Positions 45,711 to 56,572 are shown, counted from the first letter of the stretch. The stretch: DNA of 64,000 bases from an uncultured Candidatus Saccharibacteria bacterium (GCA_964459225.1 CAYWKB010000001.1:116140-180139); one strand, 5' to 3'. Numbers and translations are program-made. The notes: generated from the sequence alone by a model not told the origin.

Positions 45711-45917
45711 ATGCCAAAGAAAAAGACAAAAGTTGTTGATGAAGAAGTAAAGGAAAAGGATCTTGAAACAAAAGAAATTATTTTAGACGATGAAGAAAAA
45801 GTTTTAGATCCTGATGTAGTCGTACCTGAAATTATAGAAGAGGACTTAGAGGATGATGAAATGTCAGAAATGGATGACGACGAATTAGACCCGTTTAAGG
45901 ATAAGTGGGAGGAGTAG
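45711..45917 (+). CDS. small highly acidic protein
   Basis: Basic MPKKK start, D/E-rich body, DPFKDKWEE end. Confidence 0.7.
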   Translation: MPKKKTKVVDEEVKEKDLETKEIILDDEEKVLDPDVVVPEIIEEDLEDDEMSEMDDDELDPFKDKWEE

Positions 45918-45920
45918 GAT

Positions 45921-46029
45921 AATAAAAAGGAAAGTAGTTTTGAGGAACATCCGCAGTGCGGCGGCACGAGGACGAGGAAAATTTTAGTAATAAATTTTCC
46001 GTTTCCGAAAAGCTACTTTCCTTTTTATT
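45921..46029. repeat. long inverted repeat enclosing a three-way-junction element
   Basis: 17-bp perfect IR AATAAAAAGGAAAGTAG / CTACTTTCCTTTTTATT; internal GTGC-GGCG-GCAC and GGAAAATTT/AAATTTTCC hairpins. Confidence 0.85.
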
Positions 46030-47251
46030 TTACTATCACCTTAACAAATCTCTTTTTGCCGATTCTTAAAGTTATACTGTTAGTTACCTTAAAATATGGG
46101 TCTGTAACTAATTGATCTGTTTCCATTATTGAGACAGCATTGCCCTCTATCAATCTTTTCCAATCACTATTTGAACTCACAATATTTGAACCTATAAGTG
46201 CATCCTTAATAATTGAATCTCTTTCTAGTATTATTTCGACAGCTGATTCTGGTATTTCGCCCTTGCTGAATTTCTTTTCAAATAATTCATGTGCTTTATC
46301 TGCCTTACTTTCATCAAAAAGCATTTTGACAATTTCTTTTGCAAGCATTACTTTAAATTGTTTTGGATTTTCGCCTTGTTCTATTTTATTTTTAATTTCA
46401 AATATCTTTTCATTTGATATATCAGTGACTATTTCAAAACCTGGAATAATCAAATTGTCATCCCAGCTCATTACCCTACCAAATACATCTTCAAAACTTT
46501 GATCGAAGCTTACCGCATTACCATCTGTCTTACCCATTTTTTTGCCTGTATTGTCTGTTAGGAGTTTGGTTGCTAGGACAAATTTTTCTTTATTTTTAAT
46601 TGTTTTCATCAAATCCCTTCCGGTTAACATATTGAATGTTTGATCATTCCCACCAAGTTCACCGTCTACATCCATAGCAACTGAATCATATCCCTGCATA
46701 AGGGGATACATGAATTCATGAATAAAGATTGGTTTATTTTCCTGTACCCTCTTGTCGAACATATCTCTCTTTAACATTTGATCTACAGTCATCTTTGAAG
46801 CAAGATTTAAAACATCTTCAAAGTTCATCTTTGATAACCATTCTGAATTAAATTTCATCAATGCTTTATTTGTTCCTGAAAAAGAAATAAATTTTGATGC
46901 TTGATCTTTGTATTTTCTGCAATTATCTAGTACTTGATCTCTTGTTAAAACTTTTCTTGTAGCACTCTTATCTGTTGGATCGCCTATCATGGCGGTAAAG
47001 TCTCCAATAAGTAGTATTATTTGATGTCCTAATTTTTGTAATTGTGAAAGCTTTTTTAATGGAATCAAATGACCTAAATGCAAAGTTGGCCCAGTTGGAT
47101 CAATACCTAAATAAAAAGTTAGTCTTTCACCCTTAATTAATTTACTTTTAAGAAAATCTTTATTAGGAAACACAGCTTCAACTCCCCTATTTAGGAAATT
47201 GTCTATCTGCACTTCATCAGTTATCACTTTTGTTTTGTTAAAATTAAACAT
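46025..47251 (-). CDS. tyrS: tyrosyl-tRNA synthetase
   Basis: YLGIDPTG..LHLGH, YPLMQGYD, GGNDQ.FN, KMGKT, C-terminal S4-like domain. Confidence 0.97.
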   Translation of the reverse strand: MFNFNKTKVITDEVQIDNFLNRGVEAVFPNKDFLKSKLIKGERLTFYLGIDPTGPTLHLGHLIPLKKLSQLQKLGHQIILLIGDFTAMIGDPTDKSATRKVLTRDQVLDNCRKYKDQASKFISFSGTNKALMKFNSEWLSKMNFEDVLNLASKMTVDQMLKRDMFDKRVQENKPIFIHEFMYPLMQGYDSVAMDVDGELGGNDQTFNMLTGRDLMKTIKNKEKFVLATKLLTDNTGKKMGKTDGNAVSFDQSFEDVFGRVMSWDDNLIIPGFEIVTDISNEKIFEIKNKIEQGENPKQFKVMLAKEIVKMLFDESKADKAHELFEKKFSKGEIPESAVEIILERDSIIKDALIGSNIVSSNSDWKRLIEGNAVSIMETDQLVTDPYFKVTNSITLRIGKKRFVKVIVK

Positions 47252-47305
47252 CTTTTTGTTTGATTATTACTATGTAATGTAACATATTTATGATAAAATT
47301 TCTAA

Positions 47306-49855
47306 ATGTCTCATAAGAAAAGCTTTTTTAAATCTTGGAAATGGAAAGTTTTGAAACCTCTTATATTACTTTGCATATCCTTGGTATTTATTGTGTCTGG
47401 TATGGGTATTATATGGTTTGCAACACTTAAAACACCTGATTTAAGTGTTTTTGAAACAAGAAAAGTCGCTCAATCAACTAAAATTTTTGATAGAACGGGT
47501 CAAGTGCTTTTGTATGATGTTCATAGCGATGCAAAAAGAACAGTAATACCTTTTGAAGATATTTCTAAAAAAATAAAAGACGCGACAATAGCAATCGAAG
47601 ACCTTGAATTTTATACCCATAAGGGTATTAAGCCTACCGCTATACTTAGAGCGATTATTTCAAATCTTACTCCTGGTTCTGGACTTACCCAGGGTGGATC
47701 AACAATAACTCAACAAGTTATTAAAAATTCAATACTTACAAAAGACAAGACAATCACTCGTAAACTTAAAGAGTGGATTTTAGCTGTAAAACTCGAAAAG
47801 GTTTTGTCTAAAGATCAAATATTAAACACATATTTAAATGAAAATCCATACGGAGGAAGTATTTATGGTGTAGAAGAAGCAAGTAAAACATTTTTTGGTA
47901 AATCAGCTAAAGATGTGACATTAGCTGAAGCGGCATATATCGCAGCAATTCCACAGGCACCTACATTTTATTCTCCCTATGGTGCAAATAAAGACCGTTT
48001 AGATATAAGGAAAAACCTTGTTCTACAACAAATGAAATCAAATGGCTTTATTAATGAAGATGAATACAAAAAAGCTTTAGCCGAAAAGGTTGTATTTTTA
48101 GAAAAAAACACATCAGGAATCAGAGCTCCCCATTTTGCTCTATATGTAAAAGATTATTTAGTTAAAAAATATGGCGAGGATATGGTTGAGGAAGGTGGAT
48201 TAAAAGTTACAACAACTCTTAACTACACAATGCAAGAAAAAGCCGAAAAAGTAGTTAAAAATTTTTCTAAGACATTAGAAAACTCTTTCAATGCAAGTAA
48301 TACTGCAATGATTGCAATTGATCCAAAAAGTGGAGATATACTTACAATGATTGGTTCTCGAGATTATTTTGAAAAAGGATATGGAAATTTCAATATAACA
48401 ACAGCTTATAGACAACCTGGGTCTACATTTAAACCTTTTGTTTATGCAACTGCATTTATGAAGGGCTATACGCCAGAAACAATGCTTTTTGATGTTAAAA
48501 CTGAATTTTCTTCACAATGTACACCAGACGGCAAACCTAAAAATCCAAAGCCAAATCCAGAGGATGACAAAAAGACATGTTATTCACCAGACAATTATGA
48601 TGACTTATTTGAAGGGCCAGAAACAATGCGAACGGCTCTTGCCCATTCAAGAAATGTTCCCGCAGTTAAAACCCTTTATCTTGCTGGAATCCCTGAATCA
48701 ATAGATACAGCTGAGGCAATGGGTATTACAAGTCTTAAAGATCCAAATAGATATGGTTTAACTTTAGTTTTGGGAGGTGGTGAAGTTTCTTTATTAGAAT
48801 TAACTAGTGCATACAGTGTTTTTGCAAATGACGGTATAAGAAATCCATATAGATCTGTACTTAAAGTTGAAGATAGTAAAGGAAATGTATTAGAAGAAGC
48901 AAAACTCGATCCAAATCAAGCAATACCAAGTGAAGCAGCAAGACAAATTAACGATATATTATCTGATCCAAAAGTAAGACTTAATAGTATTTCATCTGTT
49001 GTAGATAATTTAAATAAACCAGTAGCAGTAAAGACAGGTACAACAAATGATTTTAAAGATGTTTGGATTGAGGGATATACACCAAATATTGCCGTTGGTG
49101 CCTGGGCAGGTAAAAATGACAATACACCAATGGAAAAAAAGGTAGCCGGAGTAATCATAACTCCTGTATGGGGTGCTTTTATGGCTGAAATAAACGATAT
49201 GATTGAAAAAGAAAGCTTTAAAAAGCCAGAGGAAATATCATCTGATATAAAACCTGTACTTAGAGGTATATGGCAAGGTGGCATTTCATATAAAAAGGAT
49301 ACTGTATCAGGTAAATTAGCTACTCAATTTACCCCACCAGAAACAACTCAAGAAGTATTATTTAATAATGTTCACACAATACTACATTGGCTTGATAAAG
49401 ATAATCCAAATGCAGTATTTAATGGTGATCCTAAACAAGATTCACAATATGAAAACTGGGAATACGGCGTAAGGAAATGGTTCGATGAATGGAGATTAAA
49501 AAATCCAACTTTTGTTGAAAGCACTAACATAACAATACCAAAAGAAGTTGATGATATTCATACCGAAGCAAATACACCAAAGATATCTCTTACATTAAAC
49601 AAAAAGGATACAATGTATGATTTAAATTCTCAGATAATAATAGGAATAAACCTTATTGGAAAATATCAAATTAGAAAGACTGATTTATATATAAACGGTA
49701 AATTTATACGTAGCGAAGAAAGGGATCCAAAAAATATAGTGTTTTATCCAAGAGATATAGAAGGTATTCAAAACAATAACAGTGTTAAGGTAATAGTTTA
49801 TGATACATCATTCAATAGATCTGAGGCTTCAGTAGATATTCAGGTTATTAAATAA
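47306..49855 (+). CDS. class A penicillin-binding protein (PBP1A family)
   Basis: ED..FY.H.G, QGGSTITQQ, RQPGSTFKP, SRN, KTGT. Confidence 0.95.
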   Translation: MSHKKSFFKSWKWKVLKPLILLCISLVFIVSGMGIIWFATLKTPDLSVFETRKVAQSTKIFDRTGQVLLYDVHSDAKRTVIPFEDISKKIKDATIAIEDLEFYTHKGIKPTAILRAIISNLTPGSGLTQGGSTITQQVIKNSILTKDKTITRKLKEWILAVKLEKVLSKDQILNTYLNENPYGGSIYGVEEASKTFFGKSAKDVTLAEAAYIAAIPQAPTFYSPYGANKDRLDIRKNLVLQQMKSNGFINEDEYKKALAEKVVFLEKNTSGIRAPHFALYVKDYLVKKYGEDMVEEGGLKVTTTLNYTMQEKAEKVVKNFSKTLENSFNASNTAMIAIDPKSGDILTMIGSRDYFEKGYGNFNITTAYRQPGSTFKPFVYATAFMKGYTPETMLFDVKTEFSSQCTPDGKPKNPKPNPEDDKKTCYSPDNYDDLFEGPETMRTALAHSRNVPAVKTLYLAGIPESIDTAEAMGITSLKDPNRYGLTLVLGGGEVSLLELTSAYSVFANDGIRNPYRSVLKVEDSKGNVLEEAKLDPNQAIPSEAARQINDILSDPKVRLNSISSVVDNLNKPVAVKTGTTNDFKDVWIEGYTPNIAVGAWAGKNDNTPMEKKVAGVIITPVWGAFMAEINDMIEKESFKKPEEISSDIKPVLRGIWQGGISYKKDTVSGKLATQFTPPETTQEVLFNNVHTILHWLDKDNPNAVFNGDPKQDSQYENWEYGVRKWFDEWRLKNPTFVESTNITIPKEVDDIHTEANTPKISLTLNKKDTMYDLNSQIIIGINLIGKYQIRKTDLYINGKFIRSEERDPKNIVFYPRDIEGIQNNNSVKVIVYDTSFNRSEASVDIQVIK

Positions 49856-50110
49856 TTATTTTATATCAAAGACTTTTTCACCTATTGATTTTGATATTTT
49901 ACTTATTAAACTACCCTTTTTAATAAAAATCTCATTTTTAAAACTCTGATTTCCTTTAATTGTTATAGTTCCATTTTTAATTGATATATCTTTTATATCT
50001 ATATTTTGTTTTGTTAATTCAAAAATCACATTACATATTAATTCTCTTTTTTTTAATTCTTTAATAGCAATATTGTTGAATTTATTAAAAAATTTTCCTA
50101 TATCTTGCAT
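49856..50110 (-). CDS. small protein downstream of dnaN, possibly DciA/DUF721-like
   Basis: 84 aa, I.NG.I.I....K.EI..KK..L pattern; position after dnaN. Confidence 0.45.
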   Translation of the reverse strand: MQDIGKFFNKFNNIAIKELKKRELICNVIFELTKQNIDIKDISIKNGTITIKGNQSFKNEIFIKKGSLISKISKSIGEKVFDIK

Positions 50111-50111
50111 A

Positions 50112-51218
50112 TTATCTATTCATTGGCATTACTAAGTATCTAAATGAAGTGTCTGATACTGGAACTATAATAAGTGGTCTGTTTAAGCCGTTGAATATTA
50201 GATTTATACTATCTGAATCAATTGATTGAAAACAATCTATAATATATTTGTAATTAAAATTAATATCTATATCCTCCCCTGTTATATTTGCATCTAAACT
50301 TGTTGTATTTTCACCTATATCGTTATTTTTGGTTCTTATTTCACATTTACCAATTGATTTCATTACTTTTATATTGATTTGATTAAATTTATCAGAAAAA
50401 ATATTTGATAACTTTAATGTATTAACAAAATCTTGTTTTAAAATAATAACTTCAGTACTACTTGTCTTTGGTATTATTTGTTTGTAATCAGGAAATGTTC
50501 CATCAACAACTCTTGAAATCATATAGATACCGTTGTGACTAAATGATATTTGGTTTTTATCTAGATTTACTGTCACATCATCGTTTATAGACTCAAGTAC
50601 TCTTATAATATCTGGGATATTTTTGTGTGGAATTAATATTTGTCCAAAATCCTTACTTTTTTTAATTTTAACCTTTTTTTCTGCAAGCCTAAATGAATCT
50701 GTTGCAACAAAGACCACAAATTCCCCATCGCAATATATATAAACACTTGATAATTCTGGTTTAATACTTGAAATTGATGAGCTGTACCAAACTGATTTTA
50801 ATCCTTTTACAAATTCTAGTGAATTCATTGTAAAAGTATTTTCACTTTCTACTTTTGGAATACTTGGAAAGTCTTCATGAGACAATGTTTTAATTGTTCC
50901 AGAATTGCGTGTGGTGCTTACTTTTAAATTTCCTTGAGACATTGAGAGGTTAACCCCCTTATCATCGCTTGTGGCGTTAATTAGGAATGAATTAATGGTA
51001 GTACTTGGTACCGCTACTATACCTGTTTCATTTGTTTTAACTGGAATGGTTATTTCGATACCTAAATCAAGATTTGTTGCTTTGATAGTTAATTGATTTT
51101 TAACTGATGCATCAAAAAGTAAGCATGACAGTACTGGTAATGTCATATGCTTATTTGCTATCCTCTCTGTGTATCCGATAGCTTCCTTTAATTTTTCTTG
51201 TACACATTCTATATTCAT
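50112..51218 (-). CDS. dnaN: DNA polymerase III beta clamp
   Basis: PVLS, ATNL, DFP, VATDSFRLA, G.FPDY..IIP, YLVMPM. Confidence 0.97.
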   Translation of the reverse strand: MNIECVQEKLKEAIGYTERIANKHMTLPVLSCLLFDASVKNQLTIKATNLDLGIEITIPVKTNETGIVAVPSTTINSFLINATSDDKGVNLSMSQGNLKVSTTRNSGTIKTLSHEDFPSIPKVESENTFTMNSLEFVKGLKSVWYSSSISSIKPELSSVYIYCDGEFVVFVATDSFRLAEKKVKIKKSKDFGQILIPHKNIPDIIRVLESINDDVTVNLDKNQISFSHNGIYMISRVVDGTFPDYKQIIPKTSSTEVIILKQDFVNTLKLSNIFSDKFNQINIKVMKSIGKCEIRTKNNDIGENTTSLDANITGEDIDINFNYKYIIDCFQSIDSDSINLIFNGLNRPLIIVPVSDTSFRYLVMPMNR

Positions 51219-51464
51219 TTTAGTTCTTATTTATATATAAATACTTATTGTTATTATTAGTCCTGTGGATATGGTGATAACTCAATTTTAGCATTATTTA
51301 TAGCGTTATTTTATTAATCTATATTGTTAATAACTTTACCCTATAAACTAATAACTTTTACACATGACTGAATTGTTACTTATTTTTACCTGTTTACAAA
51401 CAGAGCTCTCACAAGTTGTTATGCACTTATCCACCGATTTATCCACTGTTTTGTCAACAAATCC
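51219..51464. other. probable replication origin (oriC)
   Basis: dnaA-dnaN intergenic, AT-rich; DnaA-box-like TGTGGATAT 51264, TTATGCACT 51419, TTATCCACC 51427, TTATCCACT 51439, TTGTCAACA 51451. Confidence 0.75.
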
Positions 51465-52811
51465 TCACATCATTGCGCGGATTTGACTGATTTCTTCCAT
51501 AAGTACGGTGTCTGTTTTTAGGTCTTCTTTTATCTTGTCACATGAATGTATAACAGTAGTATGATCTCTACCACCAAGCTTATCCCCTATTGATGGGAAT
51601 GATATATTAAAATCCTCACGTAATATATACATAATAACTTGTCTTGGTTTAACTACTTCCTTTTTTCTTGTTTTATCAAAGACACTATCTTCACTTATAT
51701 TATAAAAGTCAGAAATAAGCTTAATAACATCCTTTGTTGATATGTTTTTCTTTTGTTTTGTATTGTTTTTAATTAGGTTTTTGATTTCAAGTAATGATAA
51801 TGGGCGATTTTTTAATTGTGTTTGACAAACAATAGCATTTACAACACCCTCTAACTCACGAACATTACTTTCGATATTTGCAGCAAGGAATTCAAGTATA
51901 TCTGATTTTAAATCTACATTACTCATTAGGCTTTTAGCCTTTAAAATAGCCATTCTTGATTCATGATCTGGTGTTGGAATATCAATAATCATTCCCTGAT
52001 TGAAACGAGATTTCAATCTATCTTCAAGTCCGGGTATAAAGTTTGGGTGTTTATCAGATGAAAACACTAATTGTCTATTTGTTTGGAAGAAAGTTTCAAA
52101 TAAATGGAATAATTCTTCTTGAAATTTTTCTTTATTAGCAAAAAACTGAATATCGTCCATAATAATCACATCATATTTCCTATATTTATCTTTAAATTTC
52201 TGTGTTGTATTGTTTTGTAGTGATGAAAAATATTCAGAACCAAATCTTTCTGATGTTAAATAAAATACTTTTTTCTGAGGAAAATCTTTTTTAATATGAT
52301 TTCCTATTGCCTGTATCAAATGAGTCTTTCCATGTCCTGTATTTCCGTAAATAAATAAAGGATTATATGAAGAGCCTGGATTTTTAACTACTGATCGTGA
52401 TGCTGCATGAGCAAGCTCATTAAATGGGCCAACAACAAAACTATCAAATACATATCTAGGATTTAAATTATCATCTCTATTAACATAAAAATCAGAAAGA
52501 GGCATAGAGATTGTAGGGCTTATTTGAGCCTTCTTTTTTTCCTCTTCCTTTCTCTTTTCTGCATCTTTCACTATTATATATTCCAATCCCCTCACCTGCT
52601 CATTTAACTGTCTTAGTGTTTTAAGTATTGTATTGTGAAATTTCTTATACAACCACTCTTGAATAAATGAATTTGGAACTCCGAGATAAATAACACCGTC
52701 TTCGTTTTTAACTATATATGTTCCATTGAACCAAGTAGAAAAATTTGCTTTAGAAACTGCTAATTCTATATCAACAAGTGCTTTTTCCCATAATTCAATG
52801 TAGTCTTTCAT
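51465..52811 (-). CDS. dnaA: chromosomal replication initiator DnaA
   Basis: LNP.Y.F..FV.G..N, YNPLFIYG..G.GKTHL, DDIQF, RELEG, GGRDHTTVIH. Confidence 0.98.
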   Translation of the reverse strand: MKDYIELWEKALVDIELAVSKANFSTWFNGTYIVKNEDGVIYLGVPNSFIQEWLYKKFHNTILKTLRQLNEQVRGLEYIIVKDAEKRKEEEKKKAQISPTISMPLSDFYVNRDDNLNPRYVFDSFVVGPFNELAHAASRSVVKNPGSSYNPLFIYGNTGHGKTHLIQAIGNHIKKDFPQKKVFYLTSERFGSEYFSSLQNNTTQKFKDKYRKYDVIIMDDIQFFANKEKFQEELFHLFETFFQTNRQLVFSSDKHPNFIPGLEDRLKSRFNQGMIIDIPTPDHESRMAILKAKSLMSNVDLKSDILEFLAANIESNVRELEGVVNAIVCQTQLKNRPLSLLEIKNLIKNNTKQKKNISTKDVIKLISDFYNISEDSVFDKTRKKEVVKPRQVIMYILREDFNISFPSIGDKLGGRDHTTVIHSCDKIKEDLKTDTVLMEEISQIRAMM

Positions 52812-52857
52812 GTGAATAGTATATACTTTTTTAAAAATTGCAAAACTTGTAAAAAGT

Positions 52858-52886
52858 TTATAAACATGTTGATAAGTTGTTAATAA
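52858..52886. promoter_or_regulatory. DnaA-box-like cluster upstream of dnaA
   Basis: TTATAAACA, TGTTGATAA, TGTTAATAA. Confidence 0.5.
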
Positions 52887-52906
52887 TGATATATACTGTT
52901 TTCACT

Positions 52907-53041
52907 ATGTCATTTACATATAAACCAAAGAAAAGAAAGAGAGCAAAGACACATGGATTCCTTGTTCGTTCAAAATCTTCTACAGGACGCAGAGTTTTGA
53001 AAAGAAGAAGAACAAAAGGACGCAAAAAGATCTCTGTGTAA
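52907..53041 (+). CDS. rpmH: 50S ribosomal protein L34 (not in ORF track)
   Basis: Manual translation [44 protein letters not shown]. Confidence 0.96.
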   Translation: MSFTYKPKKRKRAKTHGFLVRSKSSTGRRVLKRRRTKGRKKISV

Positions 53042-53053
53042 TAAGCATCAAGT

Positions 53054-53389
53054 ATGTTAAATAAGTCTAAAAGACTAAATACAGCTTCATTTATTAATAT
53101 AATCGAAAAAGGACAGTCATTCCACGGTCCTTTTTTGATTATTAGAGCAAAAAAGAGTGATACTAAGAGTAGATTTGCTGTATCTATACCAAAAAAGGTA
53201 GCAAAAACAGCGGTTTTAAGAAATAAATTAAAAAGAAGAGTATTTAGTATTATTAAAGAGTTAGAATTATCGTTATTACCAAACTTTGAAGTTATTTTGA
53301 TTGCTAAAAACGGTATTGATAAGCTTGATTTTGTTGAATTAAAATCAGAGATTACAAAAATCTTTGTTAAAATAGGTATTTTAAAGTAG
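53054..53389 (+). CDS. rnpA: ribonuclease P protein component
   Basis: RFAVSI.KKVAK.AV.RNKLKRR. Confidence 0.93.
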   Translation: MLNKSKRLNTASFINIIEKGQSFHGPFLIIRAKKSDTKSRFAVSIPKKVAKTAVLRNKLKRRVFSIIKELELSLLPNFEVILIAKNGIDKLDFVELKSEITKIFVKIGILK

Positions 53390-53399
53390 AATACACTCT

Positions 53400-54131
53400 A
53401 TGATTTCATATTTATATAATATTGCTATATTTAAGCCGCTTTATAATGGTTTGATTTTTGTTTTTGATGCATTACCATGGATTGATGCTGGTTTTGCTGT
53501 TATTTTATTTACTATTTTAGTTAGACTTATACTATTCCCTATTTCAAAAAAGGCTACAGTTACTCAAGTAAGAATGAAAGAAATTGAGCCAGAATTAAAT
53601 GAATTAAAGAGAACAATCACCGATAAGCAGCAACAAGCAGTAATGGTTATGGATTTATATAAGAAAAAAGGCGTCAATCCTTTTTCTAGCTTCTTATTAT
53701 TATTTATTCAATTACCTATTATATGGGCTCTTTACTCAATATTTATGAAGTCAGGATTACCTGTTGTTAAAACAGACATTTTATATAGTTTTATAAGTGT
53801 ACCAACTATAGATATGAGTTTCCTTGGTATATTTGATATTGCCAAGAGTAGTATTTTCCTTGCTGTTTGTGCAGCTATTGCGCAGTATCTACAATTACAC
53901 TATTCGTTTTCAGCAAATTCAAAAAATACAAATACAATAGGACAAAATCCAACTCAAGACATGGCGCAAAATATGATGAAAAATATGAAATTTATATTTC
54001 CAATAATGGTATTTTTCATTTCATATAAAATATCAGCAGTGGTTGCTATATATTGGACTATTAGTAGTTTATTTACACTAGGACAAGAGTTGGTGGTAAG
54101 GAAACATATAAGAGATCACAAGCCTATATAA
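53400..54131 (+). CDS. yidC: YidC/Oxa1 membrane insertase (short form)
   Basis: LYKK.GVNP, IQLPI, FLG..D, YW..S..F...Q. Confidence 0.93.
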   Translation: MISYLYNIAIFKPLYNGLIFVFDALPWIDAGFAVILFTILVRLILFPISKKATVTQVRMKEIEPELNELKRTITDKQQQAVMVMDLYKKKGVNPFSSFLLLFIQLPIIWALYSIFMKSGLPVVKTDILYSFISVPTIDMSFLGIFDIAKSSIFLAVCAAIAQYLQLHYSFSANSKNTNTIGQNPTQDMAQNMMKNMKFIFPIMVFFISYKISAVVAIYWTISSLFTLGQELVVRKHIRDHKPI

Positions 54132-54132
54132 T

Positions 54133-55407
54133 TTAATTGTTTAAATCTAGTGACCAAGCAGTTAAATCTCTTTTGTTAATAAAGTATAGATAATCTTCAT
54201 TTGTATCAAGCGATAAGTCAGTCGCATCTATTATCTTATTTGATAGAGATGTGAGATTTGCAAGCAAATGAACCTCCCCTGTTGCTGTATCTAGATGCCA
54301 TATTTGATCTACAAAACTCACATTACCCTTATACCAATCATCTGGATAGGTGTAATTAGTATTTATTTCATTTGGGACGGCACAATAAACCTCATTTTTT
54401 CTTTTTGTACTCCAGACACATTTATCTGCTATTGTTCTAAATACTATTTCTTGATCTGTATTGTCTTTTGTATTATATATTTTTGTTATTATATTGCCTT
54501 TATCTGTAGATGAATATATTATTTTTGATAAATCTCTATTTGCCTTTGCTACCAATCCTTTTATACCACCTAATACCTTTTTCATTACCCCATTTTTTGT
54601 ATCAATTAAGTAAAAATAACCAGACAATAAAGCACTACTTTTTGTTGTGATACTTACAGTATTTGTCTCCGGCCAATCAAGCACAACTTGTCTAATAGGG
54701 GTTTGTGCTATTTTGATTTTATTTTTCTCATCAAAAGATGATATATAACCTACCCCATTTCCTGATTCAATAGACCAAGTAAATATTCTGTCTCTATTTG
54801 GTGAATTTATTATTTGATTTATGTTTTGAGAAATGTATTTACCCTTAGTTTCATAAGGTGTAACTGTTGTTGATGTGCCAGTAGATCGGAGTTCTGCATA
54901 AAAATTTGTTATTGTATCTGTCTCATCTCTTAGATATCTTGTTACAAATGCATTTAAGTTTTTATTGAAATAACTTTCATATGTTTTAGGTAATGTGGTA
55001 TTTGATATTTTAATAATATCCATTTTTGAACTATTTACCTCATATATATGACCAGTTCCCCTATCTATATATCTAGCTATTGAAGTTGTAGCTGTACTAC
55101 TTGCAGCAAGACCAGAAACAGGCATTGTACTTATCTGTCTTAATGCGGGTATTTTGATTTTACTTTCTACTACAACTTCCTCTTCTACTGTATTTTTAAT
55201 ATCTGTACTTGTACTATTGTTTAAATTAGAGTTATTTGTTTTTGTACTTCTATCAAAAGAAGAAAATCCCTCCCCTACAGTTGTGCCATCTGTATTTACA
55301 ACTGTATCTGGTCCAGTACTCCTTAAATATATATACCAATATACCAAAGCTCCTATAGAGCCTAGTATGAGTATTGATATGATGACAATGAGTATTTTTT
55401 TGAGCAT
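54133..55407 (-). CDS. membrane-anchored beta-propeller-like protein
   Basis: N-terminal TM, S/T-rich linker, repeated beta-strand motifs, KCVW, YLYFINK.D..AWSL. Confidence 0.6.
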   Translation of the reverse strand: MLKKILIVIISILILGSIGALVYWYIYLRSTGPDTVVNTDGTTVGEGFSSFDRSTKTNNSNLNNSTSTDIKNTVEEEVVVESKIKIPALRQISTMPVSGLAASSTATTSIARYIDRGTGHIYEVNSSKMDIIKISNTTLPKTYESYFNKNLNAFVTRYLRDETDTITNFYAELRSTGTSTTVTPYETKGKYISQNINQIINSPNRDRIFTWSIESGNGVGYISSFDEKNKIKIAQTPIRQVVLDWPETNTVSITTKSSALLSGYFYLIDTKNGVMKKVLGGIKGLVAKANRDLSKIIYSSTDKGNIITKIYNTKDNTDQEIVFRTIADKCVWSTKRKNEVYCAVPNEINTNYTYPDDWYKGNVSFVDQIWHLDTATGEVHLLANLTSLSNKIIDATDLSLDTNEDYLYFINKRDLTAWSLDLNN

Positions 55408-55408
55408 G

Positions 55409-56572
55409 TTATTTCTTAAGTTTTGCGTTGATTAGCTCCATCTTTCCTATAAGGATATTTTTATACTCAGTTTCAGTAAGACCTGATTTTTTCATCTTAT
55501 CTTTATTATCTATGTCGACTATATAACCATCTAATTTTTTTTGTAGTGACTTAGTGTTATTAATTATGACTCCTCTTGTCTGTGATCCTGTAACTGTTTC
55601 TGTGCCGTGGGTAGATACTAGGTTGTTTAACTCAATCTCATCTCTTATCTGCTCAATATAGAAATCCCTCTGTAATCCAAGTGTTCTTGCTGATTCTGGA
55701 TCGGTTGAAATTATTTCATTGATTTTTTTATTATATGAATTTTGTATTATATTTGGCGTATCTGTTGGGTATTTGCCATCTACAAGGGAGTTTGCTTTTG
55801 AACTATCTACATATGAAAGTATTGATTTATCACTCTGTATTTTTTGATGAATAATATCATTAGCATCTCTGTAGTTATAAGCACCTAAACCTTCTGCTAT
55901 TAATTTGCTTTGCTTTGTGCTAACAATTTTTAATTGATTTTTAGTATTTTCTAGATCTGCTATATATTTTGGTATCGAATCAGCATCTATTTGACCGCTC
56001 TCCATTTTTTCTTCCAATTCCCTTTTCTTTTTTTCGAGTTCAACACGCTGAGCCTCTAACTCATTTACCCCAAGTTGTTTTTCCATCGCTAACTTACTCA
56101 AATCATTTGTTAGTCGATTCCTAAACGCAATCGCATCTTCTGTCCTTATCTCAACCCTCGGTAACTCTGTATTTACCGCCACTAATCTTGGATCTATTGT
56201 CTGTAATATTAGATATGATGCTAATACCATAATCAAACCAATTATTGCATCCCATATTTTTGACTTCCCATCTGATTTTAATGATGGTATTTCACTTGTC
56301 ATGTATTCAAAACCTCCCCAAATAATCATTATCACAGCAAGAAATACTGATAATGCAATTGAAAATCTAAATACATATGAAATATAGTCATCAAATTTGA
56401 TTTTAGGTATTGTTGTACCAAGCACACATGGCTTTCCCCCACTCTCTACACCCTCTATGCATGGAACTGGTTCAAGAAATTTATATGTATCTGATGTTGC
56501 GCTGTTTTGCGCAGAAGAAATGTTCGGTATGAGGACTAATGTTAATGCTATTGTTAAAATAAGTTTTTTCAT
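55409..56572 (-). CDS. pilin-like (TrbC/VirB2-like) domain protein with coiled-coil extension
   Basis: Signal peptide; LAVIMIIWGGFEYMTS...GKSKIWDAIIGL..VL.SYLIL..IDP. Confidence 0.7.
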   Translation of the reverse strand: MKKLILTIALTLVLIPNISSAQNSATSDTYKFLEPVPCIEGVESGGKPCVLGTTIPKIKFDDYISYVFRFSIALSVFLAVIMIIWGGFEYMTSEIPSLKSDGKSKIWDAIIGLIMVLASYLILQTIDPRLVAVNTELPRVEIRTEDAIAFRNRLTNDLSKLAMEKQLGVNELEAQRVELEKKKRELEEKMESGQIDADSIPKYIADLENTKNQLKIVSTKQSKLIAEGLGAYNYRDANDIIHQKIQSDKSILSYVDSSKANSLVDGKYPTDTPNIIQNSYNKKINEIISTDPESARTLGLQRDFYIEQIRDEIELNNLVSTHGTETVTGSQTRGVIINNTKSLQKKLDGYIVDIDNKDKMKKSGLTETEYKNILIGKMELINAKLKK

